A stretch of 63,939 nt of DNA, filler included, from Thelocarpon superellum (lineage: Eukaryota), in NCBI GenBank assembly GCA_026025795.1. It is 3 parts of 3 records of this genome, joined end to end, with 100 filler letters (N's around TTAATTAATTAA, not from the genome) between each part and the next. Parts side by side here need not be neighbours in the genome. Positions count along the whole stretch, not along the records: positions 45,830 to 63,939 come from JAPEUG010000365.1; 2 more parts are not named here. The stretch is one strand, 5' to 3'. Both the position numbers and the translations under genes were made by a program. This document shows positions 48,031-59,480 of the stretch, piece after piece. How positions within the stretch are numbered: the stretch's first letter is position 1; each line of letters opens with the position of its first letter. The notes below the pieces were generated by a model. That model saw only the letters and a list, made by a program, of their open reading frames with translations. It was not told the DNA's origin and searched no databases.

Positions 48031-51000
48031 TCACTCGTCATCTTCATCGTCGTCGTCGTCGTCATCATCGCTTTGACGACCGCTCATGCCGCCATTGACC
48101 TGATGATGTGCGTTCGCGTTGAACGTGAGCTTGAGCTTGCCCGGCACACTCGAGGCCGCCAACGGCGTGCCCGCACTGGAAATGGGCGCCGTCGACCGGC
48201 CATCGGGCGCCGAGGATCCGCGCTCATCAAAGTCGGCCAGATCTGGATGGTCTTCCGTCTCCTCCTTGAGCATGGAGAGGGCAGCGGCCTGATCCAAGCT
48301 AGCGTCAGCCTCGCGTGAAGATACCCACCCGCGCATCTCCATGGGTCACTTACCTCAATGGCATTAGCGTCCTGGAAGAGGGCGCTCCCATCCTCATTGT
48401 ACGTGCGCGCGTTGTTGCATAGCGTGCGGATGTCATCCATGAAGTCTTTCAGGCTTCCATACTCCTCTTTGCTGATCTTCTTCTTGATCTGGTCCATGGA
48501 GATGGGATTGGGGATGATGATGTAGTAGTCGGCGTAGACTGCCTTGGGCGGCAGCTTCACAAAGGGCCCGATGATCGATCGTCGCTCCAACTTATCGCCA
48601 TCCTCGTCCTCCTCCGACTCGGCCGGCGCCTCGAGCGCCATCAGGCCCTTGAACACGTGCTGGAAGATCTTCTGGTGCAGCCCGCGCTCGTCCGGCCCAA
48701 GCCGGTCGCCCGTGGGTTTGCTGGAGCGGCCGCGCTTACGCTTCGACGGCGGCGGCCCCTCGTCCGGGACTTCCTCGGCCTTGCGTTTCTCGCTAGCCAC
48801 CGGCTTCCGGCTACGCTTCTTGGGCGCCGGCGCCTCGGAGCTCTCGCGGCTCGGCTGGGGCGAATCCTCGACCGCGCCGCCCTTGCCGCGCTTCTCCTTG
48901 TTGGCTTGACGTTTGGCAATGCGCGCCTGCTTGCGCGCTACCGCGTTCTCGATCGTGTCGTCATCGGCGTCGACGGCGTCCAGCCATTGTTCCTCCGTGA
49001 GGCCGTCGTCGTACTTGACCTGCGTGCGCTGGCGCGCGCCGCGGCCCGCGACCTCCTCGGCCTCTTCGATGACGGGGATCCCATCGGAGAGGTAGATCTC
49101 TGGCAGCTCGGCTTCGCTCAGTAGGCGAGGGAACTCCCGGTTGGGCCCGTAGGCACAATCGGCGTCGCGTTCCTGGTCCATCTTCTTGAACAGCTCAATC
49201 TCGTCCTCGGACCGGGCCATGATCAGATTCAAGTCGTCGTCGTCCATCTCCTCCTGGTCCAGGCTCTCCGTCGCCTCGGCACTCTCCATCAGCGTCCGGA
49301 GTAGCTGGTCGCGCTCCTCGCTCGTCGACTTGTTATCGAACTTGCCGGCCTGGATGACCTTGCCGTCCATGTCGAGCTTGTACTGCGCCCGCTCCAGGAT
49401 CTTCTCCTCCACGGAGTTGGAGCTGATCAGTCGCAGAATGCGCACCTCGTTCTTCTGCCCGATCCGGTGCGCTCGGTCCTGCGCCTGCAGATCCTGATGC
49501 GGGTTCCAGTCCGAGTCGAAGATGATGACCGTATCGGCCGTCTGCAAGTTCAGACCAAGACCGCCGGCACGCGTCGACAGCAAGAAGATGAAGTACTCCG
49601 AGTCGGGGGCGTTGAACAGTCGCAGCAGGTCCGAGCGGTCGTCCGACTTGGTCGTGCCGTCCAGGCGCAGGTGCTTGAAGCCACGCAGGCGCATGTAGTC
49701 CTCCATAATGTTCATGATGGCCGTCATCTGGAAGAACATGAGCACTCGGTGCCCGCTCGCTTGGAACTTGGGCAGCACGCGGTCGAGCAGCTCGAACTTC
49801 CCCGACGTACGCCAGATTGAGTCGTCGATGCTGCGGGACGGGTTGATCACGTCCTCGACCTCGTCGAAGACGTACGGGTGATTGCACAGCTTGCGCAGCT
49901 GCATCAACATGTTGCTGAGCCCTCGGATCCCCGTCTTGCCGCCCTTGCCGTCGTTCACCAGGATCTTCTGGTCCGTCATCATCTGCTTGTACAGCTTTGC
50001 CTGCAGCGCCGAGAAGACGCATTTGATCACGCGCTCCTGCTTTTCCGGCAAGTCCTTCTCGACGTCGACCTTGAGACGACGTAGCAGGAAGGGCCGCAGA
50101 ACCTTGTGCAGACGCCTAATCACCAGCAGTTGCTCTTCCTCCGTCAGCTCCATCTTGTCTTGTCCACCCGTGTTGGCAAAGGGCGTGTTGAACCACTCGT
50201 CGAACGACTTGACCGACTTGAAGATGGTCGGCAGCACGAAGTTGAGCAGCGCCCACAGCTCCGGCAGGTTGTTCTGTAGTGGCGTACCCGTCAGGAGCAG
50301 GCGATAGCGCGTCGAATAATACATGGTCAGCGTCAACGTCAACTTCGACTGCGCGTTCTTCATACGATGACCCTCGTCGACGATCATGTGGATCCACTTG
50401 ATCTTGCTCAGGACGGGCCGATCCTTGATGATGAACTCATAGGTCGTCAGGAGCACCTGGAAGTTGCCCCAGCGGATGGCCTGCTGCTGCAGCTTGCGCG
50501 TGCTGGGTGATCCCTTGTACACAATGCGCTTGACCGTAGGCGCCCACTTCTCGAACTCAAGATTCCAGTTGGTCAGGGTGCTCAGCGGCACGATGACGAG
50601 GAAGGGCCCGTTCTGCTTCTTCTTCTCGATCAGGTAGGTGATGAGGGAGATGGTCTGAATGGTCTTGCCCAGGCCCATCTCGTCGGCCAGGATGCCGTTG
50701 AGGTTGTTGTTGTAGAGCGAGATCATCCACTGCAGGCCCTTGACCTGGTACTCCTTGAGTGTGCCGCCCACGAGCATGTTCGGCTGCACCTTGACCTCCT
50801 CCTGGATGCGGTGCGCAACCTGGTAGTAGTCCACCTTGGCGCTGCTCTCCTCGTCGTCCTCGTCCTCGTCCTCGTCGAGGTCTTCGTCGTCGTAATCGTG
50901 GTTGCCGTAGTGTTGAGCGGCGCTGCGTTGCTGTTGCTTGACCGAGGCCGCCAGCTGGCGCAGGAAGCCGTCGGTCTGCTTGAGCAGATGCGTGATGCGC

Positions 51001-52457
51001 GTGTCCTTGGCCTGGTCGAGCAGCTTGAGGTAGGCCTCCTCGTCGTTGGACTTGAGCGCCTGCAAACGCTGCTTGGCGGTACGCTCGACGCGCTTCTGCT
51101 CTTCCTTCTCGATCTGCTGATGGTGCGTCATCATCATCCGGCCGAGCTTCTGCACACGCGCCCGCTGGTTGCCGGCCGCAACCTGGATCTCGCGGCCGTG
51201 ACTCAATACGGACTGCAGGTGGTCGACGTGCTTCTTCTTCTCCCGGTTCTCGCGCGCGTCGCGTTGCTGCTTCTCGAGCTTCTCCGTGATGCGGGCCTCG
51301 CGCAGGGACTGCTTCTTCATCCGCCGGTACATGGCGCGATTGGCCGTCATGGCGAGATGGTCGTTCTGCACCATCTCGCGGCTGACCTGTTGCCGTAAGG
51401 CGCGCTGCTTGGGGAGCAGGCAGAGCATCTTATACTCGAGAAGGGCCTTGAGCTTCAGCGCGTCGTCGGCAGCCGAATTGGCGGATCTGTCACCTTTGCT
51501 CGTGTCCCAGCTGGCCAAGTTGGCCGGCAGCTTCTCGAGCTCGGTACGACGGGCCACGATGCGATTGTAGATGACTCGCTCGCGTTCCTCGCGCACGCGA
51601 TCAATGTCGACGCCGGTGGGCATCAGGCTTGGCACCATGATCCGCCGGTCCCGCGAGGCGTGTTCGGCGTAGCTGATCATAGGCTTGAGGTAAGAGTAAG
51701 GGGCGGTGAAAGTCTTGAGGCCGGGGCGGGCGGAGGCATTGTCGGCCTTCTCGGTGGACTGCGTCGGGCCCTGGGACTGGGTCTGGCCGACGTGATCCAG
51801 GGTGTGACTAGCGGCAGTGACGGCCTGCGCGACGGAAGGAGGGCGCTTGGCCTGTTGTGAAGGAAACAGCTGCTTTTGCACGTTGTCCGGGATGCTCAGG
51901 TTCTTGGACAAGAGCTTGAAGGCGAGAATCTGGTTGCGTAGGGTGGAGAGCTGCTCGGGGGTGAAGCTGCTGCCGCCAGCCGTGCCCAGTGGTTTAGCCA
52001 TGGCCGGTTGGGTGCCGGGCGTCGGCGCGGCGGTCACGGCGGCTGTGAGTTTGGAGGGGGGAATAGGCTGTGAGGCCGGTGCCACCGCGGGCTTCTGCGC
52101 TGGGGAGGCAGATGATACCGAGGCTGGCGCATTGTTCCCTTTGATCCCATTCGCTGTTGCGCCGTTCTGCTGTTGCGCCTGCTGTTGTTGCTGTTGTTGC
52201 TGTTGTTGCTGCTGCTGCCGCCGCAGCTGCTGCTGCTGCTGGGAGAATTGCTGCCGCTGCTTCTGCATCTCCGACTGCTGCTGGACCGCACGCAAGATAC
52301 CGTGTAGCTTGACATATTCGGCGTTGTCCTCACCCGCACCTTGTGCCTTCATTTGCTGATACTTGGCGTAGTATTCCTTGACGATCTGGGGCGTAAGGTT
52401 CAACGGAAGGGAAGGTCCGCCCTGCGACACGGCTGCGGCGGGTTGGACGGAGGCCAT
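48031..52457 (-). CDS. snf21: SNF2-family chromatin remodelling ATPase Sth1/Snf21 (QLQ-HSA-ATPase-SnAC-bromodomain), with one intron near the 3' end (48354-48289)
   Basis: QLQ (FTPEQLSTLRNQILAFKLL), HSA, LNGILADEMGLGKT, IVDEGHR, QAQDRAHRIGQ and a bromodomain (YYIIIPNPISM...NARTYNEDGS). The GTAAGT...GCTGAC...CAG intron leads to an acidic C-terminus. Confidence 0.95.
52166..52241 (-). repeat. CAG/CAA polyglutamine tract within Sth1/Snf21
   Basis: Encodes QQQQQLRRQQQQQQQQQQQQQAQQQ. Confidence 0.9.
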
Positions 52458-54333
52458 GGTGGGTGCGCCGAGATGATGGCGCGCGCGTGACGCCCGGCGT
52501 CGGCCAAGGAGGAAGGGGGGGCGCAGAGATTATCTCCCCGCCGTGGTGGTGGCAGGCCGCACGGCGGCAGGGGACGATAGGTGCGCGCGCTGGCGAGCTT
52601 AATGAAGGGCGCGGTCAATGGGGGAATTCGTCGAGATCGACGACGCGCGCGCGGCGAGGTTTCCTGGGTTGCGTTTACGTGCCTTGGCGTTATCAGATGG
52701 ATGAAAGAGCGTGTTGGGATGAAGATCCACGGCGCAAAAATAGGATGCGACTAAGGCCCGACCGACATGGACATGTGGTGACCCAGGCCAGTCCTGGCAC
52801 CCACAGGGGGCAGTCAAAGGGAAGGCCGATGGGGGGTGAGATGGATTGGGGGAGCGATCCGGATTCTCAACGCGTCGTCGGAAGCGTGTCGACGCCGTCA
52901 AGCGTGGATGGGACGGACGGGGGTTGGAGAAAGTAGGCCGATCGAGTGTAGGCGGCTGACAATATGCGGTGGGCAGAAGGCGGCGAAGGGGTGGGGGAGC
53001 GTGGGTGCGTTTCCGGCCGGTCGCCGCCGATGGAATAGGCGGGCGGCTGTGTGTGGATCGGAGAAACGATCGGAACAGCGTGAGTTATTCTCTCGCTGGT
53101 GCTGCCTGCTGAAAGCCGCGACAGGGAGCGAGTGGGCGAGTCGGATGGATTGGGTAGGGTGTGTGTACAGTATGCGTGAGATGGGGGCGTTGGGGCGGCG
53201 CCGGGGCGGCGTTGGTGCTGAGTACGAGGATCGAGCGAACGCGGACGGGCGGACGAGTAGGGCGAAGGGGGCGAGGCACGAGTGCGGCGCGACCGATGCT
53301 GCCGGGCGGACTCTGCTCACCCTTTCCCGTGCTCCCTCTCGCTTTGATGCTGGCTCACGTCTCGCACGACTCGTAACTTTGGGACAAGTGATGGGTCCGG
53401 TGGTTGGTCTGGTGCGGCCAGAGCGAGGCGTGTCGCTGGCAGCATCAGCAGCAGCGGACGAGACGTTGCAAGAGAGGGATTTGCGGGTCCTTCGGTTAGC
53501 GACCCGCAATGTTAGGCGTATTGTTCAGCACGCTTATCCCGTCCCGACGACCCGAGTAGAATTTTGCACTCGCCCAGGCTCTCATTCACGTGATATCTCG
53601 AGGAGTACGTTGCCACACTGGCTGGGACCCCAACTGATCCATCCCCGCGCCCGAACACAAACACCATCAAGTAGGGGCCCCCTGCTTACTAAACAAAGCT
53701 TTCTCTTACAAATAGGCCTGGATGGCCGCAATAGCATGGGGAGCCACTCACGAGGCAACATCTCTGCAATATCTGGGTAGAGCTTGAAGGTGGAAAGGGT
53801 GGATGTCGACCTCTTCAGAGACATGACTGGGATTGCGGGGTGTTGCGTGTCCCGCCTGACTTGTACGAACCTTACAGCACTGGGATTCCCCTTGCTCAGT
53901 ACTTCCTAGTGATACCATGAGAGGGTGATGTTGAACGATGGCCACAGGGAGATGTCATGTCTTGCATTGCTCTTCACCGGTCTATGGCACAATATATGAT
54001 AGACACTACTGGTGAAGCGTGTAGGTATTGTTCTAGTGGCTCCCGGCATCTAGATATCACATAGCCTATTCCCACCATAAGCGAAGCCGCGTGCTCGTCT
54101 TTGTGCCAATCCCTTGTCCATGCCCATGCCCAGTCTGAGAAAAAGTAATTCATAGCTAGCGGTGTACGCCGGCGCATTCGCCCCGACCTTCCGTTCCGTC
54201 GTCGTTATTCGTCAGCCATGTGGTAGACTCATGTATGCTCCCTTTTCTCTGTTCAGACATCCTCGACCATTTCCTTAAGATATTTTCCCTTTGTGCCGGA
54301 CCTGCGCGGGCCCCTCGATGGCTCTCGAGCCTC

Positions 54334-55805
54334 TCAGGCGGCGTACGCGAAGCCGGCCAGCGCACTGCGCTTCATCGGCGGTGGCGGTGGTGGTGGCTTC
54401 TTGGCGCGTGAAGGCGGGGGTGGCGGTGGTCCCTTTTTGCCATGCCCCACGCCCGCAGTCAGCGTGGTGAGGCTCGCTGTCCGCGACGGCCCGCTCCCGT
54501 ACGACGTTGCCGGCGAGACCGATCGTTCCCCGTACGACTGTTCGGGGCTGCTGCTGCTGACCGTCGACTCATCCGACCGATCAGCAAAGACATCCGAGGT
54601 CGTGTCGACTCGTGTTACCGACCGGAGCTGGGACCGGTGTTTGGGCAGGGCCGGCGGGTCCGTGACCATGCGCGTCAGGGGCTGGACCCGGCTGGGCGAG
54701 GATTCATGGTGCAAGCGGCTTGGTCCTTGAAAGGTGGAGGCCCGATGGGCGCTCGGCCGCGCCGGCTCGTCGTCATCGTCGTTGGAAGTGACGCGCTTGG
54801 ACCGGATAGACGGTCGCGGCTCCGGCAAGACCGCTGGCTCGGGGGAAGGGTTGAATCGGTCAGCATAAGCGTGCGCTGTGGTCGGCCGCGAGCGGCCGTT
54901 GCGGCGGCACTCGACCTCATCGCGTCCATCCGTCCTTTTACCGTGGGTCAGCACGGCGTGTTGCAGGCCCGGATTGCAGGGCAGCATGGAACTTACCCGG
55001 CGGGCCAGTCTTGCTTGAGCCGGAACAAGACTTGGTGGCAACGCTCGTAGTGCTCGAGCTCGGCGTCGAGGAAGGCACCCAGATCTGCGACGCTCTCGGC
55101 CTCGGCCTCTTTGATATCTTGCATCCGTCGATAGACGTCCTCGCTGGACTCCTCGTACTTGGCCTTCTGGCTACGCAGCTCTTCCTCTACTCGGAAATCT
55201 TCCTTCTTAGCTTTCTGCATCTTCGAGAGCGAAGCGTCGTAGGCCAGCCGACGACTTTCGAGCTTCTTGCGTGCGGCCTGATATTCCTTCATCTGTGCCA
55301 GGGAGCGCTCCAAGGACTCGAGCCAGGTCGAGGTCGCCTTGGCCGTGTAGCTCTCCTGCAGGCGGGCGATGCGTTCGTTCGTACGTCCCATATCTGTCCC
55401 GCACCTCGTCAGCCTTGGTGTTACGCTGTGAGAGGGAGTGGGGTGTCGTACTAATCAGACAGCTACCGAACTCCGAATCGTTCTCAAAGTCCTCACCGTG
55501 ATTGACCATGGTGCTCCCGAGATTGGCCACGGGAAGGCCCTTGTCGCGGTCGTCGAGCTCCTTGGTCTTGGACAGAGATTTGACGTAGATAGTCATGGAC
55601 CGCTGCAGCCGCTCCATGCCTGTGCAGACAATCAGCGTCATCCCGCTCCCTGAATTGTCGCATGCGGAGGGCCCCGACCTTCGTGTCGCTGCGTCATCTC
55701 TTCTTCGAGGGCCTTGAAGTCGTCCGAGACAGACGTCTTGGCCTCGCCGCCCATGCGCTCGCCAGCCCATTGCTTGAACCGGCCGAGTTTCTTGTTGACG
55801 TTCAT
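54334..55805 (-). CDS. BAR-domain protein with a Pro-rich C-terminus, 4 exons
   Basis: MNVNKKLGRFKQWAGERMGGEAKTSVSDDFKALEEEM / GMERLQRS...HGEDFENDSEFGSCL / ARKKLESRRLAYDA...DLGAFLDAELEH is endophilin-type BAR. The tail reads KKGPPPPPPSRAKKPPPPPPP. Confidence 0.9.
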
Positions 55806-57939
55806 GGTAATGGAGAGACAGGAAGGGACCCTTCCGACAGCAGAGCACGAAGAGGCTCCGGGAGTCTTGGTGGCGTAGGGTGGTGACGGTGATGTCTAGG
55901 CTTCCGCTGGAAATGTGACGGACGGCGATACGCTGCAACGCGTCTCTGGGTCGAGCCACGGAACGAACGGCAGGTGGCGACGGGTGCCGCAGAAGTTACG
56001 GGCGATCCGGTCGTCAGATAGAGGGAAGGTCTGGGCAATGTCACGAAATTGCAGGTGATGCAAGTCCGTCTACGGGTCGAGCGAGGAGAGAAGGGTGGTT
56101 ACGACGTTGAACGAGGTCAATGATGATACCTGAGGAGCGCCCGTAGAGGTGAAGAGAATGGTAAGATGCTGGACGACGTCAGTGGAAATGATGAGGAGCG
56201 CCTCCGTATCCCACCACTTCACCGAAGAAGGAAGACTCGAATCTGGCAGGTGACGGGGTATGTCCTGTCACAATACTGCATGAGTATCGGTCGATCAAAC
56301 GCCTGCTGAGTGGGCTGGGTCTGTCAGGCGCGGGTGTGTCCGGGCCTCCGGTGGGAAGGACGTTCCACGCCCGAGACGCCTCGCCTTCCCAAACGCGCGG
56401 CCCACCGTCCCACGTAACAATGCCTACTATCCCCCATATGGCGGTCATTGGTATGTGGGATGGCGTCCTCCCGGGCTCGGCGTCATCGGATCCGTACCGG
56501 TACCGGGTGTTGTCATTGTGGACGAGCGGCGTAGATGTCATGGTGACCAGGGCGAGTAACGTTCAACCGAATTGGTACGGGTCGGGGTCCCATAGTATTG
56601 CGTGGAGGGCCCAATACCACAAGTGCAGAGGCGCCCCAGCAGCGTTTCAACCAAGCGACATGCCACCCAAGCCTTGTAACCATGTATTGTGGCATTTTTC
56701 GCGGCCCCACCAATTCCTCTCGTCCTGCCTCGTTTCGCGACCCCGACCACCCGTGATTGGAGCATGGACGACGCGCGCTTGGACGACGGACTTGGCATCC
56801 CTGGTGCGGCGAGGATCCCAACGTCCAAGAATAGCACCTACGAGTATTCGTAGAGCATTCCGTTGGTCATATGATAATCCATGTGGTGGGTCTCAGCATC
56901 AGACTGGGGACGTAGGAGGCTGGCGCGGTGCTGCGTTGGGAGGACTCCATCTCGCCTTCTACTGCAACTTTGAGACGGCTTGATGCCTGTCCTGCTCTCT
57001 TTCGTTACCAGGCGTCACCTTGCAGCAGTGTAGGGGAGCGCGTCTCGCGAAACCAGACCCAACCTGTTTTCACGTGACGAGTGTTCTCGGCGGTGAGGCA
57101 AGGTTGTTTCCCGGGGTTCGAGTGCCCCTGGGTCCGGTTCAGCGACGAAAATCCATGTCACAACGTACGAGTACGTCGCTGTCTAGGTCCAATTCTTCAC
57201 AGGCCTTGTTTCTTCTCCCCTCATGCGCTCGTGCCCTGCAACGCGGTCGGTCCTTTCGAGGACTTTGCCACGTAACTGCTTGGTCGTCTGGTCACTGAGC
57301 GTTATGTTTGGGCACACTTCCCACCACCAGCAGTCCTCTTATCATCTCGGCATGCGGCCCCATCACCCCACCCGTGCTCATCAACATGCGAAGAAGCGTT
57401 GATGGAATGATATGATGATTTACCCTCCTCGAGACAGTGGCTCGCATATGATCGTGTGCCTTGACCGCAGCCTGGCATAGCCGGACGCGCCTTCTGCGAC
57501 ACATAGGATCATAGAAGTCCACGCTCTTGGTCTATGCACATCTACGATCGTCATGCAGGATCTGTGCCTGGTTTTGATCCGCATGGAGATTCAGAGGCCA
57601 CTGGCTGCTGGTCGAGGCATAGGCGTCCGCTGCGTCGCGCTAGCCGAGGTTGTAGCATCAAGTTGACCAGGACTGCTCCAATCCGCCATCATGCCTTCCT
57701 GCTGCCAATGTCATGATCCGTTGAAACACCGCCCAGTGAACGCTTATGCCTACCTAGCCGTCTTCGCTCATGCTGGCTAAATCGGGAGCCACCCGAATAT
57801 ATATTTCGTACCTTGAGTTGACCTATTTGACCAGGGCGCCTTCCACAGCAACCACCTGTTCCTCCCGACGCCGTGCTTGGAAATTCTCCTGCGTTTTGGC
57901 TCACACAGAGAATAAGCACCCGCATTCACATACTCTAAA

Positions 57940-58973
57940 ATGCAGCTTCCGCTTCTTTTCGCCATGATTGGCCTTTCCCAGGCCAGCTCTCTCGAATTTT
58001 CCCAGATCCTGCCACGACAATCGTCCGGCGTTGAGGCTTTCCAATGCAACGCGACCGAGGTTTCCATCTTGAAAAGTTTCCGAACGCTCGTCAACACCAA
58101 GCTCAAGCTCGCGCAGACCCTGAGTGGTGCCAACATCTCAGACCCAGATGGTCTTTCCCAACCCGATACGGATCCATACGGCGAGGACCAACCTCCACAA
58201 GATCTGGGTCCGGGCGATAACGTCTGGCAAAAGTAAGCGTCGTCTAAGAAGGCTTGATTGCTTGTAAAACTAATGTGTACTCTCCCGCTCCCAGCTACTT
58301 TACCCAGTCTGATGGTCAATTCGTCCAGAATGTCTATCAGCAAATGCTGCAGCTTCAACCCGATGAGCGATGCTCCTCCGCGCAGAACGCTCACTGTGAC
58401 GGCGGTAGCGTTTGGGACGCTTATACCGAATCTTTCTGTCCTACCTTTTTTCAAAACGTATCGGCGACCAACGCCAGTCAGGCGGTCCTCGACGATGCTG
58501 CCAATTGCGCCAATCCATTCGCGGATGACAATCTGCAGACGGAGCTGAGGAGTTTAGCTATGATGAGCTGGTTGGCTTCGGCCATCGACATCAGCGCTTT
58601 AGTCTCGAACGCCTCGAACGCACCATATCCAGTGCAACGGTCCGGATACCTCCTGGTTGGGTCCGGTAAAACAGGAGGCTGCACGTCGCATACATGCGTC
58701 ACAGGCATCTCCCAAGCCGCAGGCAACGACCAGACCTCTATCAACAGCCAGTACTTTTACGGCACCTATGTGCTGTACGCGCAGGACATCTACAACCATA
58801 GCTCGTACTGCTCGAGCCAATTGACGGCCTTGGCCGCCACCGGTGCTCCTGTCCCGGCGAATGCTTCCACCAGCGCCGCGGGAGCCACGACCGGTGACAA
58901 CGGCGGGCAGCAGGCTGGCGGGCAGCAGGCTGGCGGGCAGCAGGCTGGCGGTGGCCCCTCGGGACCGAATTGA
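57940..58973 (+). CDS. Secreted cysteine-rich protein, M35/deuterolysin-like scaffold lacking HEXXH; 2 exons (intron 58233-58294)
   Basis: Signal peptide MQLPLLFAMIGLSQA, several N-glycosylation sequons, 8 Cys, an FCPTFF motif and a (GGQQA)3 tail. The gene model is solid; the fold call is inference. Confidence 0.72.
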
Positions 58974-59480
58974 TGGACGTTTTGACATGGTTGATATCTG
59001 CACAGCGCTTCTTCGTACGTCTACGCAAGCTCTCGTTGCTCTCGCATTTCCAGGTGTCCTGTTCTCTAGATTCTCCGGTTCGGTCTCGCCTTGGATTAGA
59101 TCAATTCCATGCATCTTTGCATCTCGCCTCCACAACCTTCCGGGCGGCCAGCAATGAATGACCGCGAGAGTTCTCGTCGCTCACGGCATCGATAACGTAG
59201 GTACGTGCGCGTGCCTGGCAGAGTGACTGTGGGTGTAGACGTAGGAACAGTATCAGAAGTAGCCTTGATGCAACTTTAAGCTCGAGTAGGACACGAGATA
59301 CTCAGTCATGGTCCCAGCCTCGTTCCCGTATTCATACGAACATCGTCGGCATGACACGTCGTCGGATGATGATCCGTCATTCGGGCATCGCAGCCGACAT
59401 CGTAATCAGCACACTGGCCTCGTACGAAACCCGCCCAGCCGTCGCTATGCTGACATAATGCCCATCTCCCCCTATCGCAC

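Noticed and set aside
48084..48354. Unspliced 1457-aa Sth1 C-terminus from the ORF track
   Set aside because: A canonical GTAAGT/GCTGAC/CAG intron completes the bromodomain and gives the acidic tail ending at 48031.
52463..53780. Long ORFs upstream of Sth1 (314 aa +, 203 aa -)
   Set aside because: Arg/Gly/Ala-rich with no motifs; consistent with GC-rich 5' UTR or promoter sequence.
57060..57140. GGTTCGAG T-loop-like word suggesting a tRNA
   Set aside because: No D-arm, anticodon arm or acceptor stem can be folded.
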